A stretch of DNA of 64,000 nucleotides from Verrucomicrobiota bacterium (GTDB lineage: Bacteria > Verrucomicrobiota > Verrucomicrobiia > Limisphaerales > UBA1096): contig JACNJE010000095.1 in NCBI GenBank assembly GCA_014382705.1, positions 303 through 64,302 of the forward strand, written 5' to 3'. The position numbers and the translations under genes are program-made. This document shows, in pieces, positions 7,526 through 17,886 of the stretch (within the stretch, counting starts at the first letter, position 1; each line of letters begins with the position of its first letter). The notes under the pieces were generated by a model. The model had not been told where the DNA came from, did not search any database, and saw only the letters and a program-made list of their open reading frames with translations.

Positions 7526-9963
7526 TGCCGGGACCCATGCCACGACCGCGCCGCCGTCCATGGCGGCGTTTTTGTGTCGGGCGGCTTTTGTTGCCCGCGT
7601 TGGGCGGCGCCTTGGCCGTTTCACTCGCGCTTGGCCAAGCGGCGAAGGAGACCAAGCCGGGGCCACCGCGCGGGTCGATCGTCGAGGATCGCGCCGCACG
7701 CAGGCTGCTCGAGGCCGGGGATCTGCGGATGGATGCCGGAGAGAGCGACAAGGGACTCGAGCTGTGGCGCTCGGTCATCGAACGGTATCCTCTGAGCAAA
7801 GTCCGGTTCCTGGCCCACATGAAACTGGGTGAGCACCATCTCACCGTGCTGGCGGATCATGCCAAGGCGCGCGCCCACTTCGAGGCGGTTTATTCGGTCG
7901 AAAACCGGGACGAAGACCAGCGGGCGCTGGCCCTGTTGAAGACCGGTGTCTGCCTGTACGAGGCCCGGCAGTACGGGCAATGCTTCAAGATTTTCCGGCA
8001 AGTCATCGGGGACTACCCCGTGTCGCGGCACGTGAACCGCGCCTACTACTTCATCGGCCTCGGCCACTTCAAGCAGGGCCACTACGGGCGCGCAATCGAC
8101 GCGCTGGAAAAGGTCGGCACGGTGACCTCAACCAACCGGCTTGGCCAAGCGAAGCTCGAGATCGGCAAGCGCCTGTTCATCAAGGTCGAGGACGCCGATC
8201 TCGCGGTGCTGAAAAAGGACGAGACCGTTCGGGCAACCTGCAAAACCACCGGCGGCGATGAGGAAACGGTCGACTGCCTCCCGCTTGGCCGCAACGTGCG
8301 GGTGGTGCTCGGCTCCACTGCCACCCGGCTGGGCCGCCCGAGCGCGAACAACGGCGTGTTGGAGGTTTCCGGCCGGGATGAAATCAGCGTCCGCTACAGC
8401 GACGAGCACACGGCCGGCGGCCAGTTGAACCAGGAACGCCTTCGCAGGCTCACCGTTGCGGGCAACGCCGCGGCGCGGATCATGGACGGCGCCTTCGTCG
8501 ATCCCATGGACGGCGTGGTCGTTGGCAAACAGGTGAACGTCGAGATTGTGGATGCGGACCGGGACCAGACGGATGACGCCGACTGGGTAGAGGCACAGGT
8601 GAAGCTGTACCGGAAAAAAACCGCTGCCGAGATTGAGGAGGAGGCCAACGAGCGCGCCGCCGAGGAGGCGCTTAACAGGGAAGCCGAGGGACGGGTGGTC
8701 GCCGAGGATGCCCCGAAAAAGGAACTCAGCGATGAGGAAAAATTCCAATTGCGACACCACCTGATCGACCAGGCCCGGCTGGTGGCCACCGAGGTCGCGG
8801 TGGAATCGGCCGACAGCGGACCGCCGCCACCCGGCGAACCGGAAGCCCCGGCGGAGGCACTGTCGCCCGGTGACTTGAGCGGCGATGCCAAGCCGAACAG
8901 TGGATTCGTCGCGCTCGTGGAGGAGGAGGCCCGGGACGATTCCATCCACACCGGGTTGTTCCAAGGCTCGCTCCCCGTGCGTCAGGCGCGGGAGGTCGTG
9001 GCCGGCGACGCGGTGCTGCAGGCCGTGCCGGGGGACATCGTGCGGGTCGAGTACCTCGACCAACTCAACACGACGCCGGCACCCCGGCGGCTCTCGGCGC
9101 GCGCGGTCTGCATCGAGGGCAGCCTCGGCGACGTGCGGGTGGCCAAGGCGCAGATTCCCGACGAGGATCTCCGGTTGCGGACGAAGCTCAAGACGGCTCG
9201 CGCCCTGACCAAGATAGGCAGCCATTACAAGGAATTCGGGCTCGACGATCCCGCCCGCATCAAGTTTCGGGAGGCGCTGGAGGTGGCCGAGGAGGCGGCC
9301 GCGCGCGGCCGCGAACTCCAGAGTCCCGTGCTGGAACAATGCTACGTGCAGCTTTGGGAAATCTATTTTGCCCTCGACGACCTGCGCCTCGCGGTGGCGA
9401 TGAGCCAGCGTTTGATGCGCGAGTTTCCGGAGAGCACCTTCATCGACGACGCGATGCTCAAGCAGGCCGAGATCGCCCGCAAACAGGGCGGCTTCCGGGA
9501 AGCCATCGCGCTCTACGGCAGCCTGCTCAAGCTCAACGCGAGCACCCTGCGCGACGAGGCGCAGTTCGGCATCGCCGTGTGCTATGAAAAAATGGCGGAA
9601 GCCGCCACCGGCTCGCGTTCGCAGTCGTACTACGAGAAGGCGTTCGAGAATTACCAGAAAGTGTACGAGCAGTTCCCGGAGAGCGGCCGGGTCGGGGATG
9701 CCGTGGCGCGGGCGGCGAACTACTTTTACCAGCGCCAGGATTACCAGCGGGCCATCGACGTGTTCGAAGGCGTCATCGCCAACCACCCGGACGCCAACTT
9801 CCTCGATGTCATCCATTTCAACTACGGCCGCTGCCTGTACCGCGTCGACCGCAAAAACGCCGCCCGCCAGCAATTCGACCTGCTGGTGGCCGATTATCCG
9901 GAGAGTAAACTGGCCGAGGAGGCCAAGCGCATCAGCGACGCCCTCGTAAAGGCCGGGTTTTAA
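7525..9963 (+). CDS. secreted TPR-repeat protein (812 aa) with central DxDxD beta modules
   Basis: The start overlaps the DUF1501 stop by 1 nt. Signal peptide ends ...AVSLALGQA. TPR-like helices sit at both ends. Central modules include FIKVEDADLAV...ISVRYSDEH and VNVEIVDADRDQTDD. Confidence 0.8.
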   Translation: MPGPMPRPRRRPWRRFCVGRLLLPALGGALAVSLALGQAAKETKPGPPRGSIVEDRAARRLLEAGDLRMDAGESDKGLELWRSVIERYPLSKVRFLAHMKLGEHHLTVLADHAKARAHFEAVYSVENRDEDQRALALLKTGVCLYEARQYGQCFKIFRQVIGDYPVSRHVNRAYYFIGLGHFKQGHYGRAIDALEKVGTVTSTNRLGQAKLEIGKRLFIKVEDADLAVLKKDETVRATCKTTGGDEETVDCLPLGRNVRVVLGSTATRLGRPSANNGVLEVSGRDEISVRYSDEHTAGGQLNQERLRRLTVAGNAAARIMDGAFVDPMDGVVVGKQVNVEIVDADRDQTDDADWVEAQVKLYRKKTAAEIEEEANERAAEEALNREAEGRVVAEDAPKKELSDEEKFQLRHHLIDQARLVATEVAVESADSGPPPPGEPEAPAEALSPGDLSGDAKPNSGFVALVEEEARDDSIHTGLFQGSLPVRQAREVVAGDAVLQAVPGDIVRVEYLDQLNTTPAPRRLSARAVCIEGSLGDVRVAKAQIPDEDLRLRTKLKTARALTKIGSHYKEFGLDDPARIKFREALEVAEEAAARGRELQSPVLEQCYVQLWEIYFALDDLRLAVAMSQRLMREFPESTFIDDAMLKQAEIARKQGGFREAIALYGSLLKLNASTLRDEAQFGIAVCYEKMAEAATGSRSQSYYEKAFENYQKVYEQFPESGRVGDAVARAANYFYQRQDYQRAIDVFEGVIANHPDANFLDVIHFNYGRCLYRVDRKNAARQQFDLLVADYPESKLAEEAKRISDALVKAGF

Positions 9964-9972
9964 AGAAACGAA

Positions 9973-12900
9973 ATGTCCGGACGGATCAACGATTGGGTTC
10001 GAGGCACCGCCGCCGCGGTGATGGCGCTGGCAACGGTCGCGCTTGGCCAAGCGCAAGAGACGCCCGGCCCGGCCAAGACGGCGCAGCAGATCACCGCACT
10101 GCAGCTGAAGCTGCGCCAGTCAGCGGACGATTCAAAACAGGGCGCCAAGCTGCTGCTGGAACTGGCCGACCTGGCCGACGACCACGGCCGGCCGTTCACG
10201 CTGATCCGCGCGGCCAAGCGCTTCGTGGTGGCCCACCCGGGGCACCTGCGCCAGCCGGAACTCATGCTCAAGCTGATCGACGCCCAACTCGTCACCGGCC
10301 GCGACAGCGACGCCCTCTCGACCGCCCGGCAGTTCCTCTCGCGCCATCCCGAACATCCGTCTGTGGCGGAGGTGCACCGGTTGCTCGCCGCGGTGCTGGA
10401 GCGCGACCGGCTGCACAGTTCGGCGGCGGCGGAATGGACCAAGGCGTTCGAGGGCGGCACGGGGCATCCCGGCGACGCGGCGCGCGCGGTGCTGCTCCAT
10501 CGGCGTGAAGGCAGCCACCGGTCGTACGCCGAGGCGGCCGCCCTGTCGGCCCGGCTGCTGACGGAGGACACCGACCCGGCGACACGGCGCGAGGCGGGCT
10601 GGCTCGCGATCGACTCGGCCAGGCGCTCGGCGAATCAAGGCGTCATCATCGAGACGGGCGAGCGCATCGCGGACGCAAATGTGCGCCTGGGCGGAGAGCG
10701 GCAGGTCGCCCTGCACACCGCGTTGGCCGCCGCGTACTGGGGACGGAAGGAAGCCAAGCCGGCCGTCGCCCATTACTCCGAGGCTGTGAAACTCGACCCG
10801 GTGTATCCCCGTTTCAAGGCGTACTTCGAGGTGGCCAACGGCGCCGCGCTGCCCGCGGCCGCCATGCAGTCCATGTTCGACCTGTTTGAGCAGCAGACCT
10901 TTCCCGGCAACGAAACCGCAACGATCCTCGGCTACTTCGCCGCCGCCAAGGCGCGGGAGGAGAAAACCACCGAGGCGGCTGCCATGGCGTTGCGGGCGGC
11001 GAGGATCGCCCCGGCGATCCACCAGTCACCCCGCAAATACGTCCGCTGGGCGGTCGAGACAAGCACCGGCTTTCCCGAGATCGAGCGAAACCTGAAGGCC
11101 ATCATCGACGCCCCCGGGGGCGACCCGTTTTATGCGCACTTCGCGCTGGCCTTCGACCTGTACCGCGACCGGATGAAGCGACCCGGCCTCGCACAGGAGG
11201 CGGTGCGCCGGATGATCACCGAGTCGCCCGCCGACAGCAGCGACATGACGGGGGCGATAAACTGGCTGCTCGCGGCGGCACCGTCCGACGCCATCTTCAA
11301 CGCCGACGCGAAACTCATTCATGACACCGCCGTGCGGCATGTGCGGCTTGCCGCCTTTCGCAATTTCCAGCGGGATTGGCTGAAGCAAAACCGGGGCAAC
11401 AAAAAATGGCGCAGCCGCGTGCAGACAATGAACCGCCTGGCCAAGGATTACGCCGCCCTCCCGGAGGTGAAACTGTGGACCGACAGCACAGCCTCGGGAA
11501 ACAAGGCGGCCGAGGCGCGGGAATCGTTGCTGGCCGGAACCTTGACCGACGCGGCGCGAAACGACCTGCTTGCCCGGCAGGCGTACGACTACCGGCACAG
11601 GCTCAAGCCCCGCGACAAATCGATCGACTATTACCGCCGCTTGGCCAAGCGCGTCCCGGAGGACGCCGCCGTCGGCCGCGCCTGGCTCGATGCCGCCCAC
11701 CACTACGGCGACCACGAGGCACGCGGCGAGGCGATCCGCTTCCTGCTTGGCCAAGCGCCGTCGGCCAACGATCCGCACAGTTGGATCCTGATGCTCGACG
11801 GCAGCGAACGGCTCGGGGACACCGGCTTGGCCAAGGCAGTGTCCGACTGGATCGGCAACTCGCAGGCGCAGCACGGCCCGACCCAGGAACGGGCGGGCGA
11901 GATCGGCGAACGTCTGGGCCGGATGGGACTTGCCGCCGAGGCGGCGGCGCATTGGGAGAAGGCGGCATTCATCGACCTCGGCTCGGACGAGGCCCGGAAA
12001 TGCATCGCCAACCTGTTGAAAGGCGAGCAATCCGCCGAGCACCGGGGCGCGCTTTTGGGCCGCTGCCTCGAGCAAGTCACGGCCAATCACGGCCCATACG
12101 CCGCCTGGCGGGCGGGGGAGTATTTCGAGGCCGCCGATTGGGACGCGTTCGAGAACACGCTGCTGACCGCGCGCCAGGCCAGCGACGAGCACATTTTCTT
12201 CCCGTGGAACATGGGCAGCGACCCGGCGCTGGGCTGGGTGGACGACATTCGCGGCGACGCCGGGATGGATGACGAGACCCGCCGCCGGTTGTTGTCCGTC
12301 ATCGAGTCGGTGCACGCCGGGCTGGCCTCGGCCTCGGCCCGGCTCGCGCTCGAGGAACTCATGGGCGAATCCGGGAGCCCGACGATGGCCAGCCAGAAGG
12401 CGGTCTGGCAGGCGGTCCTCTGGTCGGCGGATCACCCGAGCCATTGGGATCATCTCATGCCGTACGCCCGGCGCTTCGTCTCCACCGGCCGCCATGCCCA
12501 GGCAGCCACCCTGCTCACCGCCATGCTGCACAAGATTCCGCGTGCGGACGAAGGGCGGAAGAAAACCGCGCGCACCATGCTGACCAAGCTGTTCACCGTG
12601 ATGAGCGAAGCGGAGCTGGACCTCGACGAGGACAACCCGCTCGCACCGCTGCTGAAGATTTCGCTGCTGCTGCAGATCGGAGACGCCGAGTCTGCGGCGA
12701 GCCAATACGTGAAACACCGCAGCCTATTCGAGCAACGCTTTCGCGAACTCCCGACCCGCATCCTGCTGTTTGCCGCGCGGACAGAGATGGCCGCCGGCAG
12801 CGAGGAGGGGTTGTCGCGCACCGAGGAGATGCTGCGCCTCTGGCTCGTGCACAACACCGAGAACAAACAGGCCACACCGGAGGACCAGGCGGCGGTGCAA

Positions 12901-15900
12901 CTGCTCCTGGCCAAAACCTATTTTCAGTCCGGCCGGTACGATGTTGCGCGGGGCGAATACACCACCGTACTGAACCAGCATCCGGACACGGCCGCGGCGA
13001 CCGATGCCCGCTTCGGGATCGCGCAGTGTTACGTCGAGCAGAAGGTGTTCGACAAGGCGGAGGAGATCTTCGCCGAACTGCGTGACGACCCGTCGCCCGG
13101 CACCAACCTGCGCGCCGAGTTCCTGATGGGCGTCATGGCCATCCGGCAGGGCGACTACGACATCGCACGGGAGATGTTCCAGGCCGTACTGGAGCGAATG
13201 CCGGACAACGACCTTGCCAACGAGACGCTGTACCACCTGGCCGAGGTGTTCGGGATCGAGCAGCGGTTCCTCGACCAGCTGAACATGCTCCGCACCATCG
13301 GCCGGCTCGGGCAGCGATCCAAGCGATGGCACACGCCCGGCAACTCGCTGTTCATCGTGGTGCACGACAGCGACCTCGGCATCAGCCGCGGCAACGCACG
13401 GATTCCGGTCGATGTCGCTTCCGCCCCGGGCGGCGACACCGAGCGGGTGTTTCTCTCCAGCGGCGGGGCAGGAAAAGGCCTCTTTACGGCGGAAATCGCG
13501 ACGATTCTCGACGAACCGACCGTGAGCGACGGGGTGTTGCAAATCTCCGGGGCGGACACGATCCATGTCGATTACCCGGAGTCGTTCAAGCGGGAATTCA
13601 ACACGGAACTGCCGCAACTCGACGTGATCCGGATCGCCTCGGACGCGACCTTCAAGGCGGCCAGCCGCAAAATTGAGGATGAAAAAAAAGAGACCCTCAC
13701 CGAGCAGTTGACCCGCCAGACAAACCAGCCGGAGGAGGGGGATCGCCGCAAGTCCATCCAGCGCAACGCAAGCCAGATTCGACCCGGCAACTTTGTCTAT
13801 CTTCGCGTGGTGGACTTTGACCGCGACCGGGGCAACGCGCTGGACGAGCTGATGGTGAACCTCACCGCGAGCAACGGCGATGCAGTCACCGGCCGGCTGA
13901 CGGAGACCTCGCCGCACTCCGGCGCCTTTGAGGGGATGGTGCCCACCGCCGAGATGCCGGCGGGGGCCACGGCCACCGATATGGCGATCGACCACGGCCC
14001 GCTGAGGGCGATCGATCACGACCCGGAATCCCGCTGGACGAGCGAGCCGGACGGCATCGCGCCGAAGTGGCTCGCGGTGGACATGAAAGATGTGCACCCG
14101 GTGGACACGGCACAGTTTTCGTTCGGGACAACGCCAAGCCAGGCACCCAAGCGAATGCGGCTGCTCGGCAGCCATGACGGCCGCTTTCTCTACGAGGTCG
14201 CGCGCCATCCGCTTGGCCAAGCGCACGACGCGGCAATGTTCGGCAAAGGCAAGCCGGTGGTGCCACGGCAGTCCGGGTGGCGATACCACGACCTTGGACA
14301 GAACCTTGGCCAAGCGTGGCGCGAACCAAGCCACGACGACAGCGCCTGGCCAAGCGGCAACGGCCCGCTGGGCTACGGCGACCTGGGCAGCCTCAAGCCG
14401 GCGACGACCCTCCACTACGGCGACGATGCCGGCTCGAAGCATCCGACGGCCTACTTCCGCAAGTCGTTCCAGTTTGACCCCGCCAAACTCGGTGCCGCCA
14501 CCGGCATCACCGCCCGCGTGTTGTCCGACGACGGGTTCGTGCTGTACCTCAACGGCACGGAAGTCGCCCGCGACAACATGCCGGACGGCGAGGTCACGTT
14601 CGACACGCTGACACCCGCAAACCGGGCCAGCAACGAAGAGGATTTGTACAAGGAATTCCCCCTGTCCCTCGCCGCACTGCGCCATGGGCGCAACGTCCTC
14701 GCCGCCGAGGTGCACCAGCCCAACAGCACCAGCACCGACCTTGGTTTTGATCTCGAGCTGCTCCTGTTCAGCGACCAATCGCCGCACGGCATCACGCAGC
14801 GGGTGTTCCGCCTAGATAAGGGCGAAACGATCTCCACCTGGAACGACGCGGTCAAAATCGCGATGAATCAACCAGCGACGGAAACCTCTGTGGCCGAGTC
14901 ACTTGAGTGGCAGCCTGAAGCGGAGGAGATCAACGCCAAGCAGCGGGCCAAGCGGTCCAATCTGGTGGTCTGGAGCGGCCATTTCATCCAGCGCCGGCCG
15001 GGCGCGGTGCGGTTCGAGGTGAGCGCCGACGTCGGCGGCGTGATGATCGGAGGCCGGACAGTGGGCCTGACCGGGGAGGAGGAAGGCCCGGCCACATCGC
15101 ATGATATTTTCCTCGAGGCGGGGCGGCACGCCTTCACCGCAATCGCCTGGGTGGCTGACCCGCGGGAGGGCGTCTCCTGTGTGCGCGCCCGTGAAAACCT
15201 GGCCAAGGCGGCCGTGACCCCGGCTCCGTTCCGATTGTCCGATTTTGTGCTGTCGGAGGAGGAGCGCGCCGAGTTCGAGGCAACGGCCGCTGCGTCGCAC
15301 CAACGAACCACGACCGCTGAAATGGAGGAAGACAAGCTCACGTTCGCCTTGGGCGGGTGGAGCCTGCGGCATCTGCGTCTGGTCGTCGACGAGTACACTG
15401 GCAACTCGGTCAGCGTGAAGAATGTCACCGTGGCAGCCGGGGGGCGAACCCTCATCCCGCCGAAGGAGGACGTCCTTGAGTTGGCAAAAAACAGCATCCT
15501 CGAGATTGCCGCGGGCGACTCGATCACGGCGGTTTACATAGACGAACTGACGGACGGCGGTCTCCAGCAAAACCGGCAGTTGGAGCAGACACTGCAGGCC
15601 ACCTATTTCAACGGCGGCATCACGCCGGTCGCGTACGAGTTTCGGCGGCAGGCCGACGGCGGTATCCGGGCGGTCGACCACGAGCTGCTGCGCATGGAGC
15701 CGGGGGAACGCATCGTCGCCGAGGTGACCGACTTCGATCTGGACCGGACTGCGGAACCGGACCGGGTGCCGGTGGAGTTCCAGGTGAACCTTGGCCAAGC
15801 GCTCCGGCTGGAGGCGACCGAGACCGGCCCGAACACCGGCGTATTCCGCGTGGAGATCGACACCGGCAGCGAGGCCGGACCGCCGCCAACGGAAACGGCC

Positions 15901-17817
15901 AAGCCGCCCGCCCCGTCGCTGCCGCTCAAGCGCGGGGATCGGGTGTATCTGCGGTACGTCGACGAGCAAAACACGTTCCCCGGCCACAAACATCCCCGCG
16001 AGTCGGTGGTGTTCGTCAATGAACCCACCGAGGCCAGGGTGCGTGTGTTGGGCACCCGCTGGATTCCGCCGGACATCGACCAGCCGGAGGCCAAGCCAAG
16101 CCACGAATATTTGCTCCTGCCGTTTGCCAGCACCAACGCCTCGCCAGTCTCGGTGCAGATGCCGCTGACCGTCGAGGTGGTGGACCCGGACAGGGCCAAG
16201 ACCAGCGGCAGCCGTGTGACGATCAACCTCGCCGTGGGCGAAAACCGGACTGCCCGCGTGGAGTGCGTGCTGTCGGCCAAGTTCGCCGGTGAGCCGCCGA
16301 AGGAGTATTCCGAGCCGATCACCGCCGGCCAAGCGCTGGTCGAGGGGCGGTTTGTGGGCCAGATGCTGCTCAGTCTCGGCGACGACACGAGCCCGGATCG
16401 GCTGCCCATCACGCCCGAGACGCCCGGCGGCCTGATCGGCCAGGTGATGGCTGCACCCAAGCCCGGCGCGGAGACGGGGGGAAAGTCGGGGGCCGAGGTG
16501 CGGGTGCTGCCGCTCATGGGCGGGGAACTGGCCAAGGCCACCTACCGGGATGAGAGTCGGCCCGGCAGCCCGGCTGTCGTTGCCGGAGCAACGGGTTCGC
16601 TCGTCAGTGACGCCACGCTGCGCATCACCGACTCACAGTACGCGGAGGCGGCGGAGTCGCTACACGCGGGCGAGCGGTTATTCCTGATCGTTGAGGACCG
16701 GGATCAGGATGTCTCCCCGTCACAGGATCAGGTTGTCGTGACGGCCACGAGCACAAGTGGCGAGAGCGAAAGCGTCACCCTCACCGAAACATTGACGCAC
16801 AGCGGCGTGTTCACCGGCTCGTTCCCGCTGCTCGCGCGGAGCCAGCCGAGGCCAAACAGCGGCGACAACAGCATCGAGTGTTTCTTCGGCGACCGGCTTG
16901 ACGTGGTGTACCGCGACCAGTCGAACGCCACCCGGCAGGCGGCGGATCGGCGGGCTCAGGTGTCGATCGCGATTGGCACGGACGGGTTGCTGGCGGCGTT
17001 CAGCAAGTTTTTCGAGGACGTGGATCTGGCAGCGCAAACGCGATTCCACATCGCCGAGAGTTACTTCGAGTTGTTCAAGTCGCAGAAAAAACTGGAGCGC
17101 CCCGAGCAGGCGCAGGCCAACCTCGACCACGGCCGGCGCGTGCTGCGCGAGTTGGCGGAGGATTTCCCGGATGAAAAATATGCCGCACGCGTGAGCTATC
17201 TGCTGGGCCAGTTCGCGCAGGAGCAGGAGGATTGGCCGGGGGCGATCCAGTCGTACCGGGAGATCGTCCGCCGCTTCCCGGACCACGCGCTCGCGCCGGA
17301 CGCCCAGTACAAGCTGGCGCAGTGCCACGAGGAGGCGGGTGACTTTGACCAGGCACTCGAGGAATACGTCGCAATGGCGGCGATCCACCCGGACAGCCCG
17401 CTGATCCCCAAAGTGATGGTCCGCATCAACGAGTATTATTACCTGAAGGAAAACTACCCGGTGGCGGCGCGCGTGTCCGGCAAGTTCATCGAGCGGTTCC
17501 CCGAGCACGAACTGGCCTCGCGGATGGCGTTCCGCTGGGGGCAGTGCCACTACAAGCAGGCGGCCTACACCGAGGCCGCAGAGCGGTTCGAGGAGTTTGC
17601 CAAGCGGTATCCGGACGACAAACTGTGCGCCGAGGCGCTGTTTTGGGCGGGGGAAAGTTTCCGGATGGACAAGGACGTCCCGATGGCGTTTCGCTACTAC
17701 AACCGCTGTCGCTGGGATTACCCGGAATCGGAGGCGGCCAAGTATGCCCGGGGCCGCCTGGCCCTGCCGGAGATGCTGGCCCAGTTCGAGCGCGAGGCGG
17801 ATCTGGAGGACGAATGA
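9973..17817 (+). CDS. giant secreted protein (2614 aa): N- and C-terminal TPR arrays with discoidin-like, PA14-like and repeated DxDxD...ETxxxSGxFxG beta-sandwich modules
   Basis: Uninterrupted 7.8-kb ORF. Signal peptide ends ...ALATVALGQA. PESRWTSEPDGIAPKWLAVDM is an F5/8-type-C-like motif. SGHFIQRRPGAVRFEVSADVGGVMIGGR is PA14-like. The C-terminal YbgF/TPR-like repeats include YLLGQFAQEQEDWPGAIQSYREIVRRFPDH. Confidence 0.85.
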   Translation: MSGRINDWVRGTAAAVMALATVALGQAQETPGPAKTAQQITALQLKLRQSADDSKQGAKLLLELADLADDHGRPFTLIRAAKRFVVAHPGHLRQPELMLKLIDAQLVTGRDSDALSTARQFLSRHPEHPSVAEVHRLLAAVLERDRLHSSAAAEWTKAFEGGTGHPGDAARAVLLHRREGSHRSYAEAAALSARLLTEDTDPATRREAGWLAIDSARRSANQGVIIETGERIADANVRLGGERQVALHTALAAAYWGRKEAKPAVAHYSEAVKLDPVYPRFKAYFEVANGAALPAAAMQSMFDLFEQQTFPGNETATILGYFAAAKAREEKTTEAAAMALRAARIAPAIHQSPRKYVRWAVETSTGFPEIERNLKAIIDAPGGDPFYAHFALAFDLYRDRMKRPGLAQEAVRRMITESPADSSDMTGAINWLLAAAPSDAIFNADAKLIHDTAVRHVRLAAFRNFQRDWLKQNRGNKKWRSRVQTMNRLAKDYAALPEVKLWTDSTASGNKAAEARESLLAGTLTDAARNDLLARQAYDYRHRLKPRDKSIDYYRRLAKRVPEDAAVGRAWLDAAHHYGDHEARGEAIRFLLGQAPSANDPHSWILMLDGSERLGDTGLAKAVSDWIGNSQAQHGPTQERAGEIGERLGRMGLAAEAAAHWEKAAFIDLGSDEARKCIANLLKGEQSAEHRGALLGRCLEQVTANHGPYAAWRAGEYFEAADWDAFENTLLTARQASDEHIFFPWNMGSDPALGWVDDIRGDAGMDDETRRRLLSVIESVHAGLASASARLALEELMGESGSPTMASQKAVWQAVLWSADHPSHWDHLMPYARRFVSTGRHAQAATLLTAMLHKIPRADEGRKKTARTMLTKLFTVMSEAELDLDEDNPLAPLLKISLLLQIGDAESAASQYVKHRSLFEQRFRELPTRILLFAARTEMAAGSEEGLSRTEEMLRLWLVHNTENKQATPEDQAAVQLLLAKTYFQSGRYDVARGEYTTVLNQHPDTAAATDARFGIAQCYVEQKVFDKAEEIFAELRDDPSPGTNLRAEFLMGVMAIRQGDYDIAREMFQAVLERMPDNDLANETLYHLAEVFGIEQRFLDQLNMLRTIGRLGQRSKRWHTPGNSLFIVVHDSDLGISRGNARIPVDVASAPGGDTERVFLSSGGAGKGLFTAEIATILDEPTVSDGVLQISGADTIHVDYPESFKREFNTELPQLDVIRIASDATFKAASRKIEDEKKETLTEQLTRQTNQPEEGDRRKSIQRNASQIRPGNFVYLRVVDFDRDRGNALDELMVNLTASNGDAVTGRLTETSPHSGAFEGMVPTAEMPAGATATDMAIDHGPLRAIDHDPESRWTSEPDGIAPKWLAVDMKDVHPVDTAQFSFGTTPSQAPKRMRLLGSHDGRFLYEVARHPLGQAHDAAMFGKGKPVVPRQSGWRYHDLGQNLGQAWREPSHDDSAWPSGNGPLGYGDLGSLKPATTLHYGDDAGSKHPTAYFRKSFQFDPAKLGAATGITARVLSDDGFVLYLNGTEVARDNMPDGEVTFDTLTPANRASNEEDLYKEFPLSLAALRHGRNVLAAEVHQPNSTSTDLGFDLELLLFSDQSPHGITQRVFRLDKGETISTWNDAVKIAMNQPATETSVAESLEWQPEAEEINAKQRAKRSNLVVWSGHFIQRRPGAVRFEVSADVGGVMIGGRTVGLTGEEEGPATSHDIFLEAGRHAFTAIAWVADPREGVSCVRARENLAKAAVTPAPFRLSDFVLSEEERAEFEATAAASHQRTTTAEMEEDKLTFALGGWSLRHLRLVVDEYTGNSVSVKNVTVAAGGRTLIPPKEDVLELAKNSILEIAAGDSITAVYIDELTDGGLQQNRQLEQTLQATYFNGGITPVAYEFRRQADGGIRAVDHELLRMEPGERIVAEVTDFDLDRTAEPDRVPVEFQVNLGQALRLEATETGPNTGVFRVEIDTGSEAGPPPTETAKPPAPSLPLKRGDRVYLRYVDEQNTFPGHKHPRESVVFVNEPTEARVRVLGTRWIPPDIDQPEAKPSHEYLLLPFASTNASPVSVQMPLTVEVVDPDRAKTSGSRVTINLAVGENRTARVECVLSAKFAGEPPKEYSEPITAGQALVEGRFVGQMLLSLGDDTSPDRLPITPETPGGLIGQVMAAPKPGAETGGKSGAEVRVLPLMGGELAKATYRDESRPGSPAVVAGATGSLVSDATLRITDSQYAEAAESLHAGERLFLIVEDRDQDVSPSQDQVVVTATSTSGESESVTLTETLTHSGVFTGSFPLLARSQPRPNSGDNSIECFFGDRLDVVYRDQSNATRQAADRRAQVSIAIGTDGLLAAFSKFFEDVDLAAQTRFHIAESYFELFKSQKKLERPEQAQANLDHGRRVLRELAEDFPDEKYAARVSYLLGQFAQEQEDWPGAIQSYREIVRRFPDHALAPDAQYKLAQCHEEAGDFDQALEEYVAMAAIHPDSPLIPKVMVRINEYYYLKENYPVAARVSGKFIERFPEHELASRMAFRWGQCHYKQAAYTEAAERFEEFAKRYPDDKLCAEALFWAGESFRMDKDVPMAFRYYNRCRWDYPESEAAKYARGRLALPEMLAQFEREADLEDE

Positions 17818-17822
17818 CCCGG

Positions 17823-17844
17823 AAGCGCCCCGGCGCTTTTGGTT
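17823..17844 (+). terminator. weak hairpin AAGCGCC-CC-GGCGCTT followed by TTGGTT, between the giant gene and exbB
   Basis: A 7-bp inverted repeat read directly 6 nt after the stop codon. The T-run is short, so this may be an attenuator or processing site rather than a full terminator. Confidence 0.25.
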
Positions 17845-17886
17845 CACTTTGGGGGGTGCGCTTGGTACGTTCCGCAGCCGAAACCG

